Shown here piece by piece: positions 29,961 through 40,897 of a stretch of 64,000 nt of DNA. Position numbers and translations under genes: made by a program. Every line of letters starts with the position of its first letter. Position 1 is the stretch's first letter. This stretch comes from Phycisphaerales bacterium. Lineage in GTDB: Bacteria; Planctomycetota; Phycisphaerae; Phycisphaerales; UBA1924. The DNA is taken from assembly GCA_044223975.1 (NCBI GenBank), contig JBGALI010000012.1:38422-102421 (forward strand), in the 5' to 3' direction. Under the pieces are notes generated by a model, which ran no database searches, was not told the DNA's origin, and saw only the letters and a list, made by a program, of their open reading frames with translations.

Positions 29961-30163
29961 GCGAAGGCAAGGCGGCCCCCTGGCGTGACACGGGCGCGGT
30001 ACGTCGCTACGACGGCGTCGCGCTCGCGGAGCGTGACGGTCCGGCCGTCGATGTTGACGACGAAGAACCCCCCTTGCCCGTGATGAGCGACGGCAGCGTT
30101 AGCGATGGTGGAATCGCGGAACGATGCGAGGGCGCGGCGCGTGGTGGACTTGGACATGTTCAA
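29957..30163 (-). CDS. Hypothetical small protein (68 aa), first gene of the minus-strand cargo operon
   Basis: ATG start. Its stop overlaps the sigma-factor start. Confidence 0.35.
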   Translation of the reverse strand: MNMSKSTTRRALASFRDSTIANAAVAHHGQGGFFVVNIDGRTVTLRERDAVVATYRARVTPGGRLAFA

Positions 30164-30332
30164 AGCCTTTCTGGTCCGGCGAGTGTGAGTGATGCCGAGC
30201 CCGTGCCGGTGCCGGGTCGGCGGACGGTCATTGAGCAGCGATGGCGAGTATCCGGGCGCGGGTCTCCGGGGGGAGGCTCGGCCATGCCTCGGCTACCCTT
30301 CGGAGTTCAGGGTCTTGGAGTGCCGTGAGAAG

Positions 30333-30352
30333 TGATGCGCTTTCTGATGCGC
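30333..30352 (+). repeat. TGATGCGC-TTTC-TGATGCGC motif (right end of island, 33 nt from the tRNA junction)
   Basis: Identical to 22642..22661. Confidence 0.85.
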
Positions 30353-30385
30353 CTTCCCGCGACAATCCGAGAAACTGGGCAAAAA

Positions 30386-30458
30386 GGCCCTGTAGCTCAG
30401 CGGTTAGAGCAGGCGACTCATAATCGCTTGGTCCCGGGTTCGAATCCCGGCGGGGCCA
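30386..30458 (+). tRNA. tRNA-Met (anticodon CAT; elongator-type or tRNA-Ile2/lysidine not distinguishable)
   Basis: GGCCCTG/TA/GCTC-AGCGGTTA-GAGC/A/GGCGA-CTCATAA-TCGCT/TGGTC/CCGGG-TTCGAAT-CCCGG/CGGGGCC/A. Confidence 0.9.
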
Positions 30459-30985
30459 TTCGGCACAGAAGCGCACCGACGCGCAAGCCCTAGCACGGGC
30501 GACGGTTGCGGGATCGGGCCAAATCCGACCGAATGCGCCCGACCAAGCGATTGCAGCGCCGTGCGCTATCGTGCGCGGCGGTGCTGCAGCGCAATTTGCA
30601 GCGTGCTGCTGTCGCAGCGTTTGCGACAGCAGTCAAGTCCGCACGGCGCGTGGTGACGGCAGGCGTTCGGCAACGCACGCCTGTTGAACTCATTCCGAAC
30701 GGCTCGCACGTATACAATGTCGCGTTCGCACAGTTCGGGAGAAGAGCGATGCTCAATATCCTGACTCTTGAACTCCCTTGTCCGGTCGGCTCGTCCTTGC
30801 CCAAGCACAAGGCCGAGGGGCAGCCGCTCCCGCCGCCCTAGCGGAACCTCCCGCAACTGCAGACCTGACGCGGCCAGAATCCACATTCTGAGTACCCAAC
30901 GGTGACCTCGCAGGAGTTCACGCGCGCGGACTGTCCCCACGGAGATGCCGCGCGCTCGCATACCCACCGTGCGCCGAGACATTCC

Positions 30986-33016
30986 ATGATGTTCATTCTC
31001 CAGAATCTTCTTCTTTCCACCCTGGCCGCGATCGGCCTCTTCTTCGCGATTGTCCTGCTCGTCGGCTTCCGGCGCGTGCCCAACAACGGCGCCGGCATTG
31101 TCGAGAAGCGATTCACCTTCAAGGGCTCGATCCCCGGCGGCTTCATGGCGCTCAACGGAGAAGCCGGCTTCCAGCCCGAACTCCTCCGCGGCGGTCTCCA
31201 CTGGCTCATGCCCGTGCAGTACCGCGTCCACATCGTGCCGCTGGTGACGATCCCGCAGAACAAGGTCGGCTATGTCTTCGCCCGCGACGGCCGGCCCCTT
31301 GAGCCGACCCAAGCCCTTGCCTCCAACATCGAGGCCCGCTCCTACGAAGACGTCCGCGCCTTCCTCGCCGCCGACGGCCAGCGCGGCCCGCAGCGTCAGA
31401 TCCTGCGCGAAGGCACCTACGCCATCAACCTCGCCCAGTTCGTCGTCATCACCGAGGGCAAGACCTACTACCTCCCGCTCTCGCGCGACGAGCGCACCGT
31501 GTTCGACGAAATGGCCGGGCTCATCGAGGACCGCGCGGGCTTTGATCCCATCGTCATCCGCGGCGAGAACGATCTGGTCGGCGTCGTCACCGTCCACGAC
31601 GGACCCGCGCTCGCCCAAGGGGAAATCATCGCGCCGATCGTCGGCGACCCCGCGCGCCCCGACGCCTCCCACAACAACTTCCAGGACGCCGAGAAATTCC
31701 TCGCCGCCGGCGGGCGCCGCGGCCGCCAGCTCCAGGTCCTCGTCGACGGCACCTACTACGTCAACCGCCTCTTCGCCACCGTCGAGTTCATCCCCAAGAC
31801 CGTCGTCGAGGTCGGCTACGTCGGCGTCGTCGTCTCCTACACCGGCGAAAAGGGCGCGGACCTCTCCGGCTCCGAGTACTCCCACGGCGAACTGGTCAAG
31901 CAGGGCCAGCGCGGCGTGTGGAGCGAGGCCCTCCTCCCCGGCAAGTACGCTTTCAACACCTACGCGGGGAAGGTCATCCAGGTGCCCACCACCAACTTCC
32001 TCCTCAAGTGGGTCGGCGGCGAGGTCGGCGAGCACCGCTTCGACGAGCACCTCGCCGAGGTCTCCCTCATCACCAAGGACGCCTTCGAGCCCAGCCTGCC
32101 GCTGAGCGTGGTCGTGCACATCGACTACCGCAAGGCCCCGCTGGTGATCCAGCGCTTCGGCGACATCCAGCGTCTGGTCGAGCAGACCCTCGACCCCATG
32201 GTTTCGGCCTACTTCAAGAACGTCGCCCAGACCCGCACGCTCATCCAGCTCCTCCAGGACCGCAGCGCCATCCAGGACCAGGCCCGCACCGAGATGCGCG
32301 AACGCTTCGCACGCTACAACCTCGAGCTCGAGGAGGTCCTCATCGGCACGCCCAAGAGCGGCGCCTCCGCCAAGGGCGGCGACCAGCGCCTCGAGCAGAT
32401 CCTCGAACAGCTCCGCGCCCGGCAGGTTGCCGAGGAGCGCATCATGACCTACGCCCAGCAGGAGAAGGCCGCCAAGCAGGAGCGCGAGCTGCGCCAGGCC
32501 GAGGCCGTCGCGGCCCAGCAGTCCAAGCTCACCGAATCAGAGGTCTCGATCGCGATCCAGACCAACCAGGGCCGCGCCGAATACCAGCGCTCGCTTCAGG
32601 AGGCCGCGCGCGTCAAGGCCATGGCCGAGGCCGAGGCCAGCAAGGTCCGAATGCTCGCGGAGGCCGAGGCCGAGAAGGCCGCGCGCGTCGGTATTGGACA
32701 GGCGATGGCGGTCGAAGAGCAGGTCCGCGCCTACGGCGGCCCCGTGTATCAGCTCACGCAGCAGGTACTGAACCGCTTCGCGCAGGCCATCGAGCAGTCG
32801 GGCGCCGACGTGGTTCCCAAGATCGTGATGGGCGGTGGCCCCGGCGGTGGCGGCAACATGATGGAGTCGCTGCTTGCCATGCTGCTCTCCGAGCGCATGC
32901 TCCAGATGACAGCGAGTTCGTCGCCCCCGGGTGCCGAGGTCGCGGCGATCAAGGGGCAACTTCTCGAGGGAATACGAGCGACTCCGAAGGCGAACGGTTC
33001 GCCGGTACCTACCTGA
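30986..33016 (+). CDS. SPFH/band-7 (flotillin-like) membrane protein with long C-terminal coiled-coil
   Basis: N-terminal TM (MMFILQNLLLSTLAAIGLFFAIVLLVGF) followed by an SPFH-like region. The C-terminal Ala/Glu/Gln-rich repeats (EAVAAQQSKLTESEVSIAIQ...KAMAEAEASKVRMLAEAEAEKAAR) are typical of flotillins. Confidence 0.7.
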   Translation: MMFILQNLLLSTLAAIGLFFAIVLLVGFRRVPNNGAGIVEKRFTFKGSIPGGFMALNGEAGFQPELLRGGLHWLMPVQYRVHIVPLVTIPQNKVGYVFARDGRPLEPTQALASNIEARSYEDVRAFLAADGQRGPQRQILREGTYAINLAQFVVITEGKTYYLPLSRDERTVFDEMAGLIEDRAGFDPIVIRGENDLVGVVTVHDGPALAQGEIIAPIVGDPARPDASHNNFQDAEKFLAAGGRRGRQLQVLVDGTYYVNRLFATVEFIPKTVVEVGYVGVVVSYTGEKGADLSGSEYSHGELVKQGQRGVWSEALLPGKYAFNTYAGKVIQVPTTNFLLKWVGGEVGEHRFDEHLAEVSLITKDAFEPSLPLSVVVHIDYRKAPLVIQRFGDIQRLVEQTLDPMVSAYFKNVAQTRTLIQLLQDRSAIQDQARTEMRERFARYNLELEEVLIGTPKSGASAKGGDQRLEQILEQLRARQVAEERIMTYAQQEKAAKQERELRQAEAVAAQQSKLTESEVSIAIQTNQGRAEYQRSLQEAARVKAMAEAEASKVRMLAEAEAEKAARVGIGQAMAVEEQVRAYGGPVYQLTQQVLNRFAQAIEQSGADVVPKIVMGGGPGGGGNMMESLLAMLLSERMLQMTASSSPPGAEVAAIKGQLLEGIRATPKANGSPVPT

Positions 33017-33559
33017 CCGGATCGCTACGGGGTCGAGAGGCCCCGTGGCGATTTGACAACGCGGGCGCGCATGGCCCCTCAACCACCCTTCGCCCCCGAG
33101 GGGTGGATGCAACGGTTCATCTCCCACGACCGGCGCTACGCCGACCTGTACGGCGAGACTTTCCGCCGCGCCGGGCGCCTGGCGCGGGGCACCCTGCCCC
33201 GGCGGGGTGGCCGATGACGCCCATCGTCTGTGTCGCCGGTCTGTACCACCAGACGTCCGAGCTTGGCCCTTGCTCTTGGAAGCTGGCGCCCGAGCCCACG
33301 CCCGACTCGACACGTGCGGTGAAGCTGCTGGGCCAGCTGCTGACGTACACGAGGGAGTACCAGCGCACGACCGGCGATCTGTACCCCGAGAAGAACAGCG
33401 AGTTCCGCCTCGCGACGAACGAAACGTCAGCGCGTGACCGTCGGGGCTCGCTGAGGCGCAATCCCTGCCCGCCTCGTCTCCCTCTGCCCCACCGCCTTCC
33501 TCGGTGCCCGCTGTGCCTCTGTGGTGAAATCCCTCTTCCTTTCTTAGGTCCCCTTCCCC

Positions 33560-34120
33560 CGCGCCGATCGAACTCTCAGTGCCCCCCGCCCGCCGATCGA
33601 CGGCTCGGGCAGCAGCGCTCATCGTCGTGGGCGCCAGCCACACCCGCCCCCACATCGCCTCCACCACCGCCACGGGCTCGATGTCGTCCAAGTACCGAAT
33701 CGTCGTCAGGATCGACCGGTGCCCCAGCTGCTTACTGATGATCCCGACATCTATGCCCTCGGCCCGGAGCCGGGCGGCGTGGGTGTGCCGCAGCCCGTGC
33801 GCATACACGCGCTTGGCGATCCCAGCCCGGCCACTCAGCCTGCGTAGCAGCCGCCGTACGTACCCGGTGCAGACCGCCTCGCCCGACGCCGTACAAAGGG
33901 GCGGCCCCGCTTGGCCCACGTTGGCCCGGGTTCGCTCCTCCAGCCACCGGCCCACCACGCACGCCCCGACGTCCTGGCCCACGGTGCGGCTGACGTCGCC
34001 CTTGCCGTGTAACACCCGCACGACGCCCGTCGCCAAATCCAAATCTCTGGGTGACAGGGCGAGCGCCTCGCTGACCCGGACCCCGGCCCGTGCATGGGCC
34101 GTCCTCCGAGGGGGCAGCAT
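33560..34120 (-). pseudogene. Tyrosine recombinase remnant (catalytic domain only; N-terminal core-binding domain absent)
   Basis: RVSEALALSPRDL (box I Arg), YAHGLRHTHAARL (H-x-x-R) and HRSILTTIRYL (Tyr), with no upstream N-terminal domain in any frame. The listed ORF runs far past the domain. Confidence 0.6.
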
Positions 34121-34232
34121 CGCCCGGGCTCGTTCCGCGAACCAATTCGCTACCCATCCGTTTTGTTACCTCCGGGGGCGGTCAAGGATCAAGGGCGGTT
34201 GTGCCGGCGCCGCGGGCTGCTAGGCTGCGGTC

Positions 34233-35459
34233 ATGCACGCGAGCGCCGCATCCTGGATCGGTGTGAATCGGAAGTCCCGCCATGTCACGGAGGAGAGGAG
34301 GCTGGACGCGTGGGCGCGAGCGGCCGCAGTCGCGGTTGCCGTGACCGTGCTCGCAAGCTCGGGGCTTTCCCAGACCATTGCCGACATCGCACCCAACTAC
34401 CCGGGAGTCGAGGTCCGGTTCCCCCACGTCAGCCGCGACGGCTCCACGGTCGTGGGCCAGTGGTTCCCGGCCGGACCGCCAGCGGCCGGCGGCTTTCGAT
34501 GGACCGCCTCCACCGGCATCGTCTCCCTCTCGCAGTTCTCGATCGCCAACGCGACCAACGAGGATGGCTCGGTCGTGGTGGGACAGTCCATCAGTTCGCC
34601 GGCCGCGGCCATGTACTGGTCGAGTTCGACCGGCTCGGAAGTTCTGCCGCTGGTCTGGCCCGATGCAGCCCAAACCGCGCTGGCGGTTTCCGCAGACGGG
34701 AACACCGTGGTCGGGCAGGCGTCGCACGCCTTTGAGGTTCGCGGCGTGATCTGGCGCAAAGGGCCATCGGGCTGGACCGTCGGGCTGACGGGCTACTTCA
34801 CTTTCCAAGGATTCAGCGCCTTCATCGCAACCGCTGTCAGCGACGACGGCGCCACCGTCGCCGGCACCGCCAACGTCATCGGGCTCCCGTTGAACGTGGG
34901 CGTCGCGGCTTTGTGGTCCGACCCCGGCGGACCGTTCTCGATTGCCTCCCAGGGCAACGCCAAAGCGATCAGCGGCGACGGATTGACCTTGGTTGGCATC
35001 TACGGGACGAGCACGGAGCGGGCGTTTCGGTGGAGCGCGGCCGACGGCTTCCTCGACCTCGGGGCCGGCGAGGGCTTGGGGGTTTCAGGGGACGGCAACG
35101 TCGTTGTCGGCAACGCCGTCGTGTGGGTGCGCGGATTGGGCGCTGCCGCGCCCGGTGCCTTCGCCCAATCGCAAGGAGTGGACGTCAGCGGCTGGAGCGG
35201 CATCTACCCCTGGGACGTCTCGCGCGACGGACGCGTGATCGTGGGCGACGGGGTTCACCGGGTCTGGCGGATGGAGCTCCCTTTTCCGCCCGGCTGCGCT
35301 TCGGACTACAACCACGACACGTTTGTGAGCGGAGACGACTTCGACGCGTTCGTCTACGACTTTGAGTTCGGCCTCCCCTCCGCCGACGTTGACCACAACG
35401 CGTTCGTGAACGGCGACGACTTTGACTACTTCATGGACCGCTTTGTCGCGGGGTGCTGA
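34233..35459 (+). CDS. Secreted repeat protein with HAF-family-like repeats and C-terminal paired dockerin-like Ca-binding motifs
   Basis: Signal-like AAVAVAVTVLASSG. The repeats are VSRDGSTVVGQ, NEDGSVVVGQS, VSADGNTVVGQASHAFEVRGVIW and VSDDGATVAG. The C-terminus carries DYNHDTFVSGDDFDAF and DVDHNAFVNGDDFDYF. Confidence 0.55.
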   Translation: MHASAASWIGVNRKSRHVTEERRLDAWARAAAVAVAVTVLASSGLSQTIADIAPNYPGVEVRFPHVSRDGSTVVGQWFPAGPPAAGGFRWTASTGIVSLSQFSIANATNEDGSVVVGQSISSPAAAMYWSSSTGSEVLPLVWPDAAQTALAVSADGNTVVGQASHAFEVRGVIWRKGPSGWTVGLTGYFTFQGFSAFIATAVSDDGATVAGTANVIGLPLNVGVAALWSDPGGPFSIASQGNAKAISGDGLTLVGIYGTSTERAFRWSAADGFLDLGAGEGLGVSGDGNVVVGNAVVWVRGLGAAAPGAFAQSQGVDVSGWSGIYPWDVSRDGRVIVGDGVHRVWRMELPFPPGCASDYNHDTFVSGDDFDAFVYDFEFGLPSADVDHNAFVNGDDFDYFMDRFVAGC

Positions 35460-35839
35460 AGCGGCATCACCGTGCCGGTCGCTGCATCAACCAAGTGGCC
35501 CAACACCTCGCTGATCCGGAGACTTGCCCAGCACGTCAGCGCAAACGGCGCCCAATGGGAACGCCGATGGGGTGGAGAGGTTCGCGAGAGAGGCCGACGA
35601 GCGCCCACACCGGGGGTCCGACGGCATCTCAGAAGAGAGCCGGGGCGCGGATGCCTTGGCGCGCTGGTGACACGATCTGCTGTAACAGCGGGCCGCCTGC
35701 GCGCTCCCCTCGCAAAAGCTGGGTCTCGCTCCGCGGATCACGGCGCTACCTGGGGCTATCGCTCTGGGGGGTGTGCAGAGAGCCATGCTCGCGCACGCCG
35801 ATTTCGGGGATAAACGGTACAACTATTTGAATATTCATC

Positions 35840-37669
35840 TCAGGCCGCCACCCGAGCGGAGCTTTCGCCAACCAGTTCGTGGATGGCGGCGACGAAGTGT
35901 CCAATCGTGAAGGGCACCGACAGGTGTCGCCACTTTCGCCCTTCCATCACCCCAGAATCAAGTGCAGTGGGGTGCTGCGGTGGGCTCAGTAGGAGGATGG
36001 GCAACTGCTTGACCCCTCGAGCCTCCTCGGCGGCCTTCACACGTGCATAGGTGCTTATGAGTGTCGCGGCTCGGAGTGCATGCATGACCACGACTGTGGG
36101 CACTTCGTTACTCACCGGCTCGGAGACGGTCGCGCAGAATCGCCCGATCGCATCAACATCCTCGTCTTCACTCACGAAGAGAGGGCAGAACCTGCCGCCC
36201 AGTTCCGCCCGCACACGCTCCGCAACTCGCGGCCACGCGCGCCCGTTGGTCCAGGCGAGCATGGCGAACTTCAGATCGTCCGTCTGCTGCTGTGCCGCGC
36301 CCGTGATCCGAGCGAACACGTCAGCATTTATTTCGAGCTCGCGGCACAGTTCGACCGTCGAGTAGACGGTGTCGTTGCCGCTGCTGCCGAGCATGAGCGC
36401 GTGTGCGAGGCGATCGGCGAGCGCCAAACGCAAGGTCTCGGTGACCTGCCGTCCCGCCGTGGCCTTGATCTGGCCGCACGAGGCTTGGTGGAGAAGGATC
36501 GGGGTTACGAGGTCGGCGGGGAAGTGCCAGGCTCGCAGCAAGTCTTCCATGACATCTGCGTGCGTCGCCGAGAGCAGGCGCCTTTCGGCTTGTTCCAGAG
36601 GCACGCCGAGCTCTCTGGCGTTGCTGATGACCTGCGTGTAATGCGAGCCGAGCTGCTCAGCAAGCACGACGCGCCCGACATCGTGCATAAGTCCCGCGGC
36701 GAACGCTGCCTCCGGGTCGTTGGTCCGCATCGCATGAGCAATCTCCGCGCCGATGATGGCACACGCGATCGAATGCTCCCAGAAGTGTGCGGTGTCGAGA
36801 TACCCGTCGAACGCCGTGCCGCTGAATCGATCGACGACGCTGATGCCCATGACTGTTTGGCGGATGCACCCCATGCCGATTCGCACGACCGCCTTCTGCA
36901 ACGAATCGACCGGTTTGCCTCGGGTGTACGCCGAGCTGTTGGCGACCTTGAGGATCTTGATGGCCATGGCCTGGTCTTGAGCAATCACCTTGGCCACTTC
37001 GTCACTCTGACAGTTCGGGTTGCTCGTGAGCTTCACGACTTGCGACACCGCCGGCGACAACCCGTGCAGCTCACTGCATGCACGCACTCGCCTCATCAAT
37101 TCGGCCTTGCCGATCGTAACGCGTGCGGTCTGACTCCCTTCCGCAGCGAGCTTGATACCGCTGGGCACCAGAGGCGGGTCCGGCCTTGCGGTGCTTGCTT
37201 CTGCCCCCGCATGCTTGGGGGTCGGCATCGCAGCAGCGCCCGCGTGAATTGCCGCGATCTTGGCCAGGGCCGGTGGCGGGGTTCCCCGTTCGCGCGCGGT
37301 ACCCGCGGCGGTGATGGCTTTAATGCGCGCGAGCAGATCGCGAAGCGAGAACGCGGACTTGAGCACATAGCCACTGATACCGAGCTTCCCCGCATCGACG
37401 ATGCGACCGCGATCTGCCTCGGCCGACAGAATCAAGACGGGCACCCTGTACAGCGAGGCGGTGGACCGAATATGCGCAAGCACTTCCATACCGTCCACCT
37501 CAGGCATGCCCAGGTCAAGCAGGACCAGGTCAGGCACACGCCCTGAGAGCATGGCGATGGCCTGCCTGCCGTTGCAGGCGGCCAGCGTCTCGAAATTATT
37601 CTGGCGCAGTACCTCTTCGATCGGCTCTCGAAATACCGGCGCATCGTCTACGACCAGTATGGTCTTCAT
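35840..37669 (-). CDS. Response regulator with REC + HDOD domains (and a degenerate C-terminal REC-like domain)
   Basis: MKTILVVDDAPVFRE...LVLLDLGMPEVDGMEVL is the REC domain, with the phospho-acceptor Asp in LLDLGMP. The central region is HDOD-like (ILKVANSSAYTRGKPVDSLQKAVVRIG). Confidence 0.7.
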   Translation of the reverse strand: MKTILVVDDAPVFREPIEEVLRQNNFETLAACNGRQAIAMLSGRVPDLVLLDLGMPEVDGMEVLAHIRSTASLYRVPVLILSAEADRGRIVDAGKLGISGYVLKSAFSLRDLLARIKAITAAGTARERGTPPPALAKIAAIHAGAAAMPTPKHAGAEASTARPDPPLVPSGIKLAAEGSQTARVTIGKAELMRRVRACSELHGLSPAVSQVVKLTSNPNCQSDEVAKVIAQDQAMAIKILKVANSSAYTRGKPVDSLQKAVVRIGMGCIRQTVMGISVVDRFSGTAFDGYLDTAHFWEHSIACAIIGAEIAHAMRTNDPEAAFAAGLMHDVGRVVLAEQLGSHYTQVISNARELGVPLEQAERRLLSATHADVMEDLLRAWHFPADLVTPILLHQASCGQIKATAGRQVTETLRLALADRLAHALMLGSSGNDTVYSTVELCRELEINADVFARITGAAQQQTDDLKFAMLAWTNGRAWPRVAERVRAELGGRFCPLFVSEDEDVDAIGRFCATVSEPVSNEVPTVVVMHALRAATLISTYARVKAAEEARGVKQLPILLLSPPQHPTALDSGVMEGRKWRHLSVPFTIGHFVAAIHELVGESSARVAA

Positions 37670-38162
37670 TGTTGTTACATCCTCGGGCTCGTCGGAGGCC
37701 CCCCTTCCACGCCGGGACGTTCTCGTGCGCCTGCACGATCTCGCGGACTCGTATCGACACGGTCGGCGAGTACGCTGAGGTGTACGCGGCAATTGCTCTG
37801 GCCCCCTCGTTTCCCGCGGTCTGCATTCGCGGTTCCCGCAGTGGGCGTGCTGGGCGCGCGGGGCAGCGAGGACTTATGGGACACGGTCGCTCCTCAAGGG
37901 GCCGCCGGTGAGGTGCGGGAGAGGCTCGAACGAGCCAGAGCAAGTCATCCGCTCCCATGCACTGAACCGAGTGTCCGGACGTGGCGATGAGTCTCAGAAG
38001 TGTCTCCCCGCCCCCGCTGGAGCAACGCAGCCCGTTACCTTCAAGTACTTGATGCGCCCGGGAGCGCTTCACGGCAATCGGGGGGGCAGGCTCAGGGTGG
38101 CATCGCGGGCGTGGGGCGATCTGTCGGCACGAGCGGGCGCGCTTGCCCGCCAAGGTGGGGCT

Positions 38163-40484
<2,322 letters not shown>

Positions 40485-40492
40485 GAGATTCC

Positions 40493-40897
40493 ATGATCAG
40501 CACACCGCGGTCCGATTGCCCCCCACCGTTCGCGCTGCCCGAATTGCTCGAGCGCTGCATGGGTAGCACCGACGTCGCCGCGCTCGTGCTGGACAAATTT
40601 GAAATCCAGCTTCGAGAAGACGTTGGAGCGATCGCATCCCTGATTACCGCTCACGATGCGGTCCAGATCGCTCGCAAAGCCCACGCCCTGAAGGGCGCGG
40701 CCGGCTCTGTGGCGGCGCAGACGCTGCGCGTTCTGGCGGCGCAAGTGGAGTCATCGGCCAAACAGGATCGGCTCGACGCTATAGCCGGAGACTTTGCCGC
40801 GCTCCGCTCGGAGATCGAGCGCTGCCTGACGCATCTTCCAGGAGCCCGGCACGCGCTGCTCTCCGGCATTGCCCCGTCACGCGAGGTCTCGCCATGA
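40493..40897 (+). CDS. Hpt (histidine phosphotransfer) domain protein
   Basis: IARKAHALKGAAGSVAA is the Hpt HxxKG motif, behind an AGGAG RBS. Its stop overlaps the next start (ATGA). Confidence 0.8.
   Translation: MISTPRSDCPPPFALPELLERCMGSTDVAALVLDKFEIQLREDVGAIASLITAHDAVQIARKAHALKGAAGSVAAQTLRVLAAQVESSAKQDRLDAIAGDFAALRSEIERCLTHLPGARHALLSGIAPSREVSP

Larger units (their letters stand above)
22464..30423. mobile_element. ~7.9-kb integrated element at tRNA-Met: int - xre - alpA - primase-polymerase - iteron/palindrome region - small genes - cargo. PICI-like phage-satellite architecture.
   Basis: Bounded by the 38-nt direct repeat of the tRNA 5' half. A tyrosine integrase sits next to attL, reading toward it. 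A divergent XRE/AlpA pair, an AEP primase-polymerase and a downstream repeat-rich non-coding kb follow. The element is visibly less GC-rich than the flanks. Confidence 0.75.

Noticed and set aside
22380-30390. Apparent protein-level similarity between minus-strand translations left of the two tRNA 5'-half copies (LYDRFLALVQG versus LFAQFLGLSREG), and a shared GGCTACCCT(C/T)CG 12-mer about 90 nt from each copy
   Set aside because: At the nucleotide level the flanks do not align beyond the 12-mer. The similarity is too short to distinguish from chance, so it is not claimed as part of the att duplication.
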